A stretch of DNA of 64,000 nt from an uncultured Spirochaetota bacterium. Its GTDB lineage: Bacteria; Spirochaetota; Spirochaetia; SZUA-6; CAVTHK01. Under the pieces are notes generated by a model. It was not told the DNA's origin. It ran no database searches and was given only the letters and a program-made list of their open reading frames with translations. Location: NCBI GenBank assembly GCA_963734495.1, contig CAVTHK010000003.1:160001-224000 (forward strand). The letters are read 5' to 3'. This document shows, one piece after another, positions 44,738-55,500 of this stretch (positions are counted from its first letter, which is position 1; each line of letters opens with the position of its first letter). The position numbers and the translations under genes are program-made.

Positions 44738-45887
44738 TCAGTACGAGGACTTCAGGATCTCGTACAGGTCGTCGACCGAGGTCACTCGCGGCACGCGGGT
44801 CACCAGGTCCAGCCTGTGGGCCGCCTCCGCGACTTCGACCATCTCTTCGAGGGCGACCCCGAGATCGCGGAGTCGCGTCGGCAGCTTGAGCGAGCCGATG
44901 ATCCCCCGGACGCCTTCGATGGCGCGCCCCGCGGCGTCGGGCACCGAAAGATCGGACAGGTCCTCGCCGAGCAGCCGGCCGACGTCGCGGAGCTTCTCGG
45001 CGGCCGTCGTCAGGTGGAACTCCATGACGCGCGGGAGCAGCACCGTGGCAGCCCACGACTTGGGGACGCGGAGGCGCGCGTTCAGCGCGTAGGAGAGCGC
45101 CGCACCCACCCCCGAGCGCCCCATCGAAAGGCCGAGGGCGGTGAGCAGGCCCGCCCTGGCCGCGCCGGTGCGCGGGGCGAGCTCCTCGCCGCCGGCGAGC
45201 GGATCACGCAGCACCGGGCCCAGGGTCTCGATGGCCTTGAGGAAGAACGTGTCGGAGAGGAAGCTGCCGCCGGTCGCCAGGTACCCTTCGACGGCGTGCA
45301 TCAGCGTGTCGACCATCGTGGCCGCCAGGTACTTGGCGGGCAGGCTCAGGGAGAGCTTGGGGTCGAGGAACACCGCGGCGGCGGCGCCCGCATCGGGCCT
45401 CCCGACGACCGCCGAGCGGTCGCGCGCGTCGGTGACGAGCCACGCCCCGCTGAACATGAACGGGTCGCGGCAGGTCGTCGGGAGCTCGGCGCAGCGGATC
45501 GGCGGCTTGTCCGCGGGAGCGCCTGCGAGGAGGTCGTCGATGTGACGTCGAAGAGGCGGCGGCGATCGCGGCGAGCTTGGCGATCGAGAGGGTCTTGACG
45601 CCGCCGAGGCCGATCACCAGATCGACACGGCCTCCCCTGGCCAGCCTGGCGGCCTCGTCGGCATTCGTGCTGGTCGCGCCGGGGATGACTTCATCGTAGA
45701 CGACAGGCTCGAGTCCCTTGCGGGAGAGCAGGCCGGATACGTGGTCGATGACTCCGCGTTCGTAGAGGATCGCCTCGGTGACGAGGAGGATGCGCCTGCC
45801 CAGGCCCGCGGCCACCCCGCCGAGCCGCAGCGCGCAGTCCACGCCGAAGTACGTTTGAGCGGGCACGTTGAAGAATACGTCGGGCAT
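44738..45887 (-). CDS. Iron-containing alcohol dehydrogenase-family protein (frameshift near 45540; metal ligands appear degenerate)
   Basis: LLVTE, YDEV, IGLGGVKTLSIAK, LPTT, FLDP, DTLMHAVEGY and LPTRLRDLGV. Confidence 0.85.
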
Positions 45888-45920
45888 CGTCCCCTCCGGG
45901 CCGGCACCGGTCGGTCCACC

Positions 45921-45954
45921 TAAAAAAAAGACGGAGACTCGCGTTCTCCGTCTT
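45921..45954 (-). terminator. Rho-independent terminator after flgM
   Basis: Minus strand AGACGGAG-aacgcgagt-CTCCGTCT followed by a T run. Confidence 0.8.
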
Positions 45955-45978
45955 GGATGCCTCTTGCAAGGACGCGGG

Positions 45979-46266
45979 CTAGGAGATCTTGAAGACCTCC
46001 ATCAGCCGGTCTGCGAGCTCACCGATGACCTTGTCCGTGATGTACATCGGGTCGTCCAGCTTGCGCTTGACCTCTTCGATCCGGTCCATGCGCAGGTCCG
46101 GCGCGGACTTGGCGGCCTCCGTCGCGTTGTAGATCTCGGCCTTTTCCATGGCGCCTTCGGACACATTGATCGAGTCTGTCGCCGCGGCCTTCTCGGCCGG
46201 CGCCGGACGTTCGGTCTTTTTGGGTTTGGATACCGGGTCCGGAAAGCCCACCCTTTCGACCGTCAT
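45979..46266 (-). CDS. flgM: Flagellar anti-sigma-28 factor FlgM
   Basis: DSINVSEGA and APDLRMDRIEEVKRKL motifs; 95 aa; sigma-28-like promoter upstream. Confidence 0.85.
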   Translation of the reverse strand: MTVERVGFPDPVSKPKKTERPAPAEKAAATDSINVSEGAMEKAEIYNATEAAKSAPDLRMDRIEEVKRKLDDPMYITDKVIGELADRLMEVFKIS

Positions 46267-46291
46267 CGGAGAGCCCTTCCTTTCATTTTGA

Positions 46292-46319
46292 GTATCGTCC
46301 CCGCGGACGATCAACTTGA
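46292..46319 (-). promoter_or_regulatory. Sigma-28 (FliA)-type promoter of flgM
   Basis: Minus strand TCAA-N16-GACGATAC, resembling the TAAA...GCCGATAA consensus. Confidence 0.55.
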
Positions 46320-46516
46320 ACCCTATTCCGTCTACTAAAGTACCTTTTTTCGCGGCCGCCGGCCTCCCGCGCGACCCGGTTTTCGCGGCCGCCCGGCGAC
46401 TCAGCCATTCTCGACTGTTTGCCGCGCGCAGTCAAGGACAGGGCGTCCCCGTCCGGCGCGCCTCCGTCCGAGCGCCGCGCTGGGAGCCCTTCATCTCATG
46501 TCGCCTTGACCACGCT

Positions 46517-49500
46517 TCACCTCACCACCAGCACCTTGCGGGTCTCGTCGATGCCCGGGCCCACCACCTTGATAAAGTAGACCCCCCTGGCCACCGCGCG
46601 GTCGCCGCGGTTGCGTCCGTCCCAGGTCGTCGAGTACTCGCCCTTGTCCTGCCTGCCCGCGGTACAGGATGTCCACGATGTCGCCCTTGAGGTCGAAAAC
46701 GGTGATCGTGACCGTCGCCCGAGCCCGTCAGCACGTAGCGCAGCGACACGCGCTCGCCCTGGTCCGGGTTGATGACGTTGTTCATGATCGTGACGTCGCC
46801 GCGCTGCGTGCGGATGCCGCGCACGGCCCAGCCCCACGGCCGCGCCGTCCGCGGGTCGCTCCGGTCGGCGACGTCGGCGCAGGGCAGGCCGTTGATCACG
46901 AACACGAACTGGAGGTCCGCCCCGTCCTTGATCTCGGGGTCGGCCGCCGGGATCACAAAGTCGCTCAGCGCGCCGGTCGGCACGCCCGCGAGCGACCGCG
47001 CGGCTCCGTTCGGGAGGTGCCCCTTGTCCTCGCGGTCACGACCGGCAGCCAGAACGGGCCACCGGGTTCGGGGCGTTCACGTCGTAGTAGAGGGTGACGG
47101 CCGGGTAGGGCGCCGTGCCCCAGGCCGCGGTCTCGACGCGCGCCTGCAGCAGGATGTCGAGATCCTGCAGCCAGTCGGAACCGTCGAACACCGTGATGCG
47201 CCCGATGCCTCCGCGCACGGGGTCGCGCTGCGTCACCTGGTCGCTCGCCCACACCGGCGCGATGAGCCCGAGCCCCACGTCGGAGATCCGGTGCGCCGTG
47301 GCCGCCATCGACCTGTTGGCGACCGCGAGGCAGCCGCCCGTCCGCCGTCGCGTTGGGATACCCCGCGGGGTCCACGCGGCCGGCGTACTGCTGATCCCAG
47401 ACCGCGCCCGCCACGGCCGCGACCGTCCGCGGCGCGATCACGTCCGCGTCCGTGATCGGATTGGCGAACTCCAGCATCGCGTCGTGCGCGCCGCCGCTCG
47501 CCGGGCCGAGGAGAGTCAGGGTGAAGGTGTTCGTTCCGCTGTAGGCGAAGTCCGCCCCGGTGATCGAGGCCGTTGCCGCCGCGTCGGTCCACACCGGCTC
47601 CGAGAACGACAGGTAGACGCGCCGCTCGCCGGCGACCGCGAGGGTGTAGGCGATGATCGGGCGCGCGCCGTCGTCCGCGGTGTACACCTTCGCGCCGGAC
47701 TTGACGTAAGCGCCTCCCGCGGTGTTGAACAGCGAAGTGTTGGTGAGCAGCTGCCATGCGGGCCGCGCGTCGGTGTCGACGGCAGGCTTCTCCTGCACGA
47801 GGATGTCGAAGACGTCGTCGCCCGTCCCCGCGCCCATGTACCCGCTCTGGAACCCGGTCACCTGGTAGCCGCTGACCGCCGCGGTCAGTCCCGCCGAAGT
47901 TGTCGTTGAGCGTCGTGCCGGGCCTGACCTGCACGCGGATGCGGTCGATGCGGCCGTTGCCGTCCGTGTCGAGCGTCCAGCTCGCCTCGATCGCGATGGC
48001 GAAGGCCCAGTTGTAGCAGAAGCCGATGTCCTTGGTGGTGTCCGCCGGATCGGGCGTCACGTTCGCGCCCGGGATGGCCGGGGTAGGATCCGCGTAGCTC
48101 AGGGAGACCTGGACGTAGTCGATGGTCTGCGTCCCGGAAATCCGCAGCACCCACTGGTCGGCGTTGACCGGGGCGGTGTCGTAGTCGTAGGACCCGAGAG
48201 GAGGCGGAGCGGGCAGCGGCGCGGTGCTCGTGAGCGTGACGAGCTGGCCCGCAGCTCCGGTGACGGTGAGGTTGTGGCTCACGCCGTGCACGATGCCGCC
48301 GGAGGCCACGACCAGCCCCGTGCCCTGGTTGGCTTCGAATTCGATGCGGGAGCCCGGGACGACCGCGCGCAGGTCGTAGAAGGTCGTGCTCCCGAGGATC
48401 TGGTAGGTGACGGGTCTGGCGAGCTCGACCATGCCCGTGCCGGCGGCGAAGCCTGTCGCCCCGGTGATGTCGACGTCGTTGCGCCAGGTGACCGTTCCGC
48501 TGCTCGTCGCGTCGCCCATCACGATCGTGGCGGCGCCGCCGTCGCGGAGCTGGCCCGCGGCGATGCGCAGGCTGCTCACGATCGTGAGCGTGGCGCCGTA
48601 GGTCGTCGTGCCGCCGTTCTTCTCCAGCGCGTAGAACCGCTCGCTCGTAGCGATCGTCCCGGTGCCGTCGAAGACCACCGTTCCGGCTCTCTGCTGGAAC
48701 GCGGCGTCGCCCGCACTGTTCGTCCAGCCCGCGGCCACGGTGAGCTTCCACGGCCCTCCGGCCGCGGCGTCGTCGACGTCGAGCACGCCGCCCGGTGATC
48801 GCGAGGCTGCCGTTGGCCTCCATGTCGTCCCGCAGGGCCACCGTCTGCGCGCCGGAGGCGACGGTCACGTCCCAGAAGGCCTGACCTGCGCTGGTGATCG
48901 TCTGGAGCGCGCCCAGGCCTCCGTCGAACGTGGTGGCGCCTGCGGTGAACGCCATCAGACCGCCCGCCGCCACGGTCCAGTTGCCGCTCACCGCGAGATT
49001 GCTCGAGTCGGTGAACGTCGCCCCCGCCCCGATGCTGACGTTGTCGAACGACGCGCTGGTGACCGCGATGATGAGGTTGGTGCCCGCCCCGCTGATGCTC
49101 ACGTTGCCGAAGTCCTGAGCGTTGGGCAGCAGTGTCTGGGCTGCCCCTGAGTCAAAGCTGAAGGTTCCCGCGCCCTTGGCGAAGCTGCCGCCCGTGAAGT
49201 CGACGTTGCCCCTGGCGCTCAGCGTGTTGGCGGCCCCCATGCCCGAGGCGTTGAGGCTGCCTGCTATGGCGGCCGCGGTGGTGACCGTCGTGTTGTGCGC
49301 TCCGGTGACGAGCGTGCCTCCCACCGTGAGGCCGCCTGCCAGGGTGAGGTCGCCGGCCGGGGCCACGGAGGCGCCGGCGGGCACGCTGAGGCTGCCGAGG
49401 CTCGTGCTGGTGGTTAGCGTCGCGGGCCCCGCGCCCGTCATCGTCAGCGTGTTGTTGGCTGGCGTCGCGAAGGTCCCGCTGATATTGACGTTGCCTGAAG

Positions 49501-52500
49501 CTGTAATGGTAGTTGCCGCGGAGTTGGTGAACGTGCCCGCGGAAGCAAAGGCTCCGCAGCTGATCGCCCCCGCGCTGCTGACGATGCCCGTGCCGGCCGC
49601 GATGGTCACCGCACCGGTGCCGGTGGCGAGCGAACCGCCGGCGGCGATCGACAGCGTGCCGTCGCTCACCGTCACCGCGCCGTTGGTGGTGCTGAGGCTG
49701 CGCGCGCCGACGTCCAGGGTCGAGCTGGCGCCGTTCAGCGTGATCGTGCTGCCGAACACCGTGTTGCCGTCGAGCACGATGCTCTTCGTTGGCGCCAAGG
49801 AGCACGGCCGGCTGGTAGGCGTTGAGGTTGGCCAGGTGCACCGCCAGGCCGTTGTAGTCGATGTCGCTGCCCGTAAAGGCGAACGTCCCGCCGCTGCTCA
49901 GCGTGGCCGCGAACGCGTTGCTGAGGATGCGCACGATGCCGCTGTTGTTGACGGCCTGCCCGTTGTTGACCGTCAGCGTCACGGCCTGCGCCGTCGGATT
50001 GATCCCCAGGACGGCCGCCGCGCCGACGTTCACCGTGTCCATCGTGACGTTGTCGTTGAGGCGAAGCACGTTGCCCGCCACCGCGCTCAGGTCGACGCGA
50101 CCCAGGTCGTTGCCCCGGGCGACCAGGTCTTTGGCCGCGGCACCCGTGAAGAGCCAGCGGCCGGCGCCCTTGGCAAAGACGCCCGTGCCGCCGAAGCTCA
50201 CGTTGCCGTTCGCTGTCAACGCGTTGGCGGCGCCCATCCCCGAGGCGTTCAGCGTCCCCGTGACCGTCGTCAGGCCCGTCACCGATGCGTTGTTGGCTCC
50301 CGTGGCCAGCGTGCCGCTCACCGCCAGGTTCCGCCCGACCGTGAGGGTCCCGCTCATTGCGCGGACCGCGGCCGTGACCTGCAGGTCGTAGAAGGTCTCC
50401 GCGCTGAGCGAGCCGGCACCGTCGAGCACGACGGTGCCAAGGCGCGGAGTGAAGCTGCCGCCTGTGTGGCTCCAGTTGCCGGCGACGTTGATCTGCCAGT
50501 TGCTGCCCAGCCCGACGTCCATCGTCCCCCCCAGGATCGACAGCGTGTTGCTGACCGTGATGGCCGAGCCCAGGGTGACGGTGCCGTTGACCGTGAAGTT
50601 GAAGAAGGGGTTGGCTGCGGTCACAGAGGGGGCCGTACCCGTAAAGACGACCGTGGAGGAGCCTGCGCTGAACCCCGCAGTCTCGCTCCAGTTGCCACCC
50701 ACCGAGATGGTACGCGCGGTGCCGTTGAAGGCTCCTGTGCCCCCTATGGCGACGTCGGCGCTGACGGTGACGTTGGCGCTGCCGGTCTCGGTGCCGCTGC
50801 CGCTGACTGTGAGGCTGCGCAGGGTCAGCAGGGCGTTGTTGGTCAGCGTGCCTGCCGAGATGGCCGCCCCGCCGGTGGCCCCGTTGGCCGTGGCTGCAGC
50901 CGAGAAGGTGGTAGAGCCGCCGGAGACCAGGATGTCGCCGTCGGCGCCGCTCAGGGTCACGATGCCGCCGAAGGTGTGAGTACCGGCCGAGATGTCCAGG
51001 TCGCCGGTGGTGATGGTCACGGCCGCGCTGCCCCCATAGACGGAGGCGGCGTTGTTGATGGTGAAGTTGTTGGTGACGGTCAGCGTGGTGGGGGCGTTGA
51101 CCGTGAGGTTGCCTCCGCTCATGGTGAGGCTGCCGGCTGCAACCGCCCCCGCGGTGTCGGCGGTCATGCTGCCGCCGTTGATGGTAAAGGCGTTGCTGAC
51201 CGTAAAGCCTGCGGCCGCGGTGCGGGCCCCCGCGCTGATGGTGAGGTCGTAGAAGGTCTCGTTGGTGTTGCTGCCCGCGCTGGTGAGCACCACCGTACCA
51301 GTCTGCGGGTTGAAGCTGCCCCCGGTGCGGCTCCAGTTGCCCGCCAGGTTGATCTGGTAGGGTCCGGCCGCGTTGACGTCCAGTGTGCCGTTGCTGATGG
51401 CCAGGTTGCCGTTGACGTTGAGTGCATCCGTCAGGCGCACCGTGTTGGTTGACGCCACCGTGAAGCTGTAGAAGGACTGTCCGCTGCTCTGGACCGTTTG
51501 CAGCGCACCCCCGTCGAAGGTGGTGATGCCTGCTGAGAAAGCCATGAGGCCGCCTGCGGCGACTGTCCAGTTGCCAGAGACCGCCAGGCTGCGCGAGTTG
51601 GTAAAGGTGGCCCCAGCCCCGATGGCCACGTTGTCGAAGGAGGCGGAGGTTGTGGCGATGGTGAGGTTGGTGCCCGCCCCGCTGATGCTCACGTTGCCGA
51701 AGTCCTGGTTGCTGGGCAGAAGCGTCTGGGCTGCCCCCCGGTCGAAGGTGAAGGTCCCGCTGCCCTTGGTGAAGGTGCCGCCGCTGAAGTCGACAGTGGC
51801 ACCCGTGGCATTCAGTGCCCCGGGTCCGGAGTTGTTCAGCGTGCCGCTAACGGTGAGGTTGCCGTTGAATGTGGTGGTGTTGCCGGCCAACATGCCTGAG
51901 GAGTTCAGCGTGCCTGCTACGGTCGCGACGCCATCGACGGTGGCGTTGTGGGGGCCGATGGCCAGCGTGCCGCCCACGGCGTTCACCGAGAGGGTTCCCA
52001 GCAGGGTGAGGTCGGCGGTGAGCGCCACCGAGGCGGCTGCGGGAACCACGAGGTTGCCGATGGGCACCGCGGCATTCAGCGTAGCCGGCCCGGCGCCGGT
52101 CATGGTGAGTGTGTTGTTGGTCTGAGCCGCGGAGAAGGTGCCGCTGATGGCCACGTTGCCGCTGGCCGTGATGGTGTTGACCCCCGCGTTGGTGAACGTG
52201 CCCGTGGAGGTGAACGCCCCGCAGCTGATCGCACCGTCGCTGGAGAGAGTCCCGGAGTTGCTCAGAGCGCTCGTTGCGGTCAGAGTGAACCCCGCGACAT
52301 TGGCCGAGGCGAGGTTCTGAATCGCGAGGGTGTTCATCGATGCGTCGGCGGTCAGTGTGGCCGGGTAGTTGGGCTGCCCGCTGGGCAGCGTTACGTTGTC
52401 CCATTGGTCGGGCACATAGCCCCAGCTCCAGTTGTCAGGGTTGTACCAGTCGGTGTTGCCCCCGCCGCCGTCCCACGAAATGCCTGCCGGGTGAGCGGGG

Positions 52501-55500
52501 AAAATCCATCCGGGAGCAACCAGGTCGTTGTTGCCATTGTCGCGGCTGGTGTTGGCCGTGATGTTGTTGGCGCCGGCCACGGCGCTGTCCTGCACGAACG
52601 CGTAGACGATGTTCTCGGTCCCTCCGACGTTGTTGATCGTCCACTGGGCGGGCGACGCCTGGCTGAGGAGGTAGATGAGGTTGTCCGCGGCGCCGTTGAT
52701 CCTGAACGTGCCGTTGATCGTCTGCGTGGCGCCCCCCGCGGCGAAACTGAGCGTCTTGTGCAGGGTCGTGCAGGTGAAGTTGAAGAAGGTCGTCGAGCCG
52801 TTGATCAATGCCGTCGAGGCCGTGTTAAAGACCACCGTGCCCGTCCCGCCGTTGAACCCCGCCGCCCCGACGTTGTTCGTCCAGTCCTGCCCGACCGTGA
52901 TCGAGTTGGCTCCGGTCGCGAGCGTCCCGCCGTTGATCGTGACGGTATTGCCCACCGTGATGGCCGAGCCGAGGGTGGTGGTGACGCCGTTGACAGTGAA
53001 GTTGAAGAAGGAGTTGGCCGCGGTCACCGAGGGAGCTGTGCCTGTAAAGACGACCGTGGAGGAGCCTGCGTTGAACCCCGCGGTCTCGGTCCAGTTGCCG
53101 CCGACCGAGATGGTGCGCGCGTTGCCGTTGAAGGCTCCTGTGCCCCCTATGGCCACGTCGGCGCTCACCGTGACGTTGCCGCTGCCGCTCTCGGTGCCGC
53201 TGCCGCTGACCGTGAGGCTGCGCAGGGTCAGCAGCGCGTTGTTGGTCAGCGTGCCTGCCGAGATGGCCGCCCCGCCCGTGGCCCCGTTGGCCGTGGCGGC
53301 AGCGGAGAAGGTGGTGGAGCCTCCGGAGACCAGGATGTCGCCGTCGGCGCCGCTCAGGCTCACGGTACCGCCAAAGGTGTGGGTGCCGGCCGAGATGTCC
53401 AGATCCCCCGTGGTGATGGTCACCGCTGCACTGCCACCATAGACGGAGGCCGCGTTGTTGATGGTGAAGTTGTTGGTGACGGTGAGGCTGGTGGGGGCGT
53501 TGACCGTGAGGTTGCCTCCGCTCAGCGTGAGGCTGGCTGCAGCCACGGCGCCCGCCGTGTCTGCAGTCATGCTGCCGCCGTTGATGGTAAAGGCGTTGCT
53601 GACGGTGAAGCCTGCGGCTGCAGTGCGGGCCCCCGAGCTGATGGTCAGGTCGTAGAAGGTCTCGTTGGTGTTGCTGCCGGCGTTGTTGAAGACCACGGCG
53701 CCGGCCCGAGGCTGGAAGCTGCCGCCCGTGCGGCTCCAGTTGCCCCCCAGCGTGATCTGCCAGTTGCTGCCCAGCCCCACGTCCAGTGTGCCCCCCAGGA
53801 TCGACAGCGTGCTACTGACCGTGATGGCCGAGCCGAGGGTGGTGGTGACGCCGTTGACAGTGAAGTTGTAGAAGGAGTCAGCCGCGGTCAGCGAGGGGGT
53901 GGTGCCGTTGAACAGGACTGTGGAGGAGCCTGCGCTGAAGCCTGCGGTCTCGTCCCAGTCGCCGCCCACCGAGATGGTACGCGAGTTGCCGTTGAAGGCT
54001 CCTGTGCCCCCGATGGCGACGTCGGCGCTCACGGTGATGTTGGCGCTGCCGCTCTCGGTGCCGCTGCCGCTGACGGTGAGAGAGCGCAGGGTCAGCAGCG
54101 CGTTGTTGGTCAGCGTGCCTGCCGAGACAGCCGCCCCGCCGGTGGCGCCGTTGGCCGTGGCTGCAGCCGAGAAGGTGGTGGAGCCGCCGGAGATCTGGAT
54201 GGTGCCGCTGGCCCCGCTCAAGGTCACGGTGCCGCCAAAGGTGTGGGTGCCGGCGGAGATCACCAGGTTGCCGCTGGTGATGGTCACCGCAGCGCTGCCT
54301 CCATAGGTGGAGGCCGCGTTGTTGACGGTGAAGTTGTTGGTGACGGCGAGCGTGGTGGGGGTGTTGACCGTGAGGTTGCCTCCGCTCAGCGTGAGGCTGC
54401 CGGCAGCTACGGCGCCCGCCGTGTCGGCGGTCATGCTGCCGCCGTTGATGGTAAAGGCGTTGCTGACCGTGAAGCCGGCGGCTGCGGTGCGCGCCCCTGC
54501 GCTGATAGTCAGGTCGTAGAAGGTCTCGTTGGTGTTGCTGCCAGCGTTGTTGAACACCACGGCGCCGGCCCGAGGCTGGAAGCTCGCCCGCCCCAGGGTG
54601 GCTCCAGTTGCCCCCCACCGTGATCTGCCAGTTGCTGCCTAGCCCCACGTCCAGCGTCCCCCCCAGGATCGACAGCGTGTTGCTCACCGTGATGGCCGAG
54701 CCGAGGGTGACCGTGCCGTTGACCGTGAAGTCATAGAAAGAGTTGACCATTTGCACGGTCGAGACACCAGTCACAGTTACGTTGGAAGTGCCAGCCGTGA
54801 AAACGCCGCCCGTCATGGTGAGGTTGCCGGCCACGTTCAGGGCGCCGTTGGAGCTGAAGGTGTAGGTGCCGGCTGACATGGTGAAGCCTGCGCAGCTCAA
54901 GGTGCCCGTGCTCTGCGTGATGGTGGCAGCCGCGTTGCTGAGCGACACAGTCCTGCTGCCGGTGGCGCCGTCGAGGGTACCGCTGCCGATGGCGATGGTG
55001 GCGGCAGTGGCCGAGCTCATGGCGAGGTTGCGCCTAGCTCGCAGGGTGTTGCCGTTGAGGTCCAGCGTCCCCTGCGTCATCGTCAGCGTCCCAGTGAGCG
55101 TGACGTTGCTCAGCAGCTGCACCGTGGTGGCTCCCGCCCCCTTGTTGATGGTCAGGGCGTTGAGCGTCGCGGTGGCTGGGGGAGCGTTCAGCGTGGTGCC
55201 GCCGGCTCCCTGCAGTGTCATGGTGGAGGTGACACGCGTAAAGTTGCCCGTCGCGGAGAAGCTCACGTTGCCGCTGATCAGCAGGCTCTCGGAAGCTGTG
55301 GCAGCCAGGGTGGCGCCATTGCGACCGTCACGTTGCCGCCCACAGTCAGGTTCTGGCCCCCCAGGCTGAAGGTGCCCGTGGTGACCGCCAGGTTGCCCGC
55401 AACGGTCAGCGCGCTGGTGGTGATGCTCACCGTGCCCCCGGAGGACAGGGTGAGGTTGTTCAGCTGGTTGCCGCCGGCCACCTGCACGGTTGTGCCTGCT

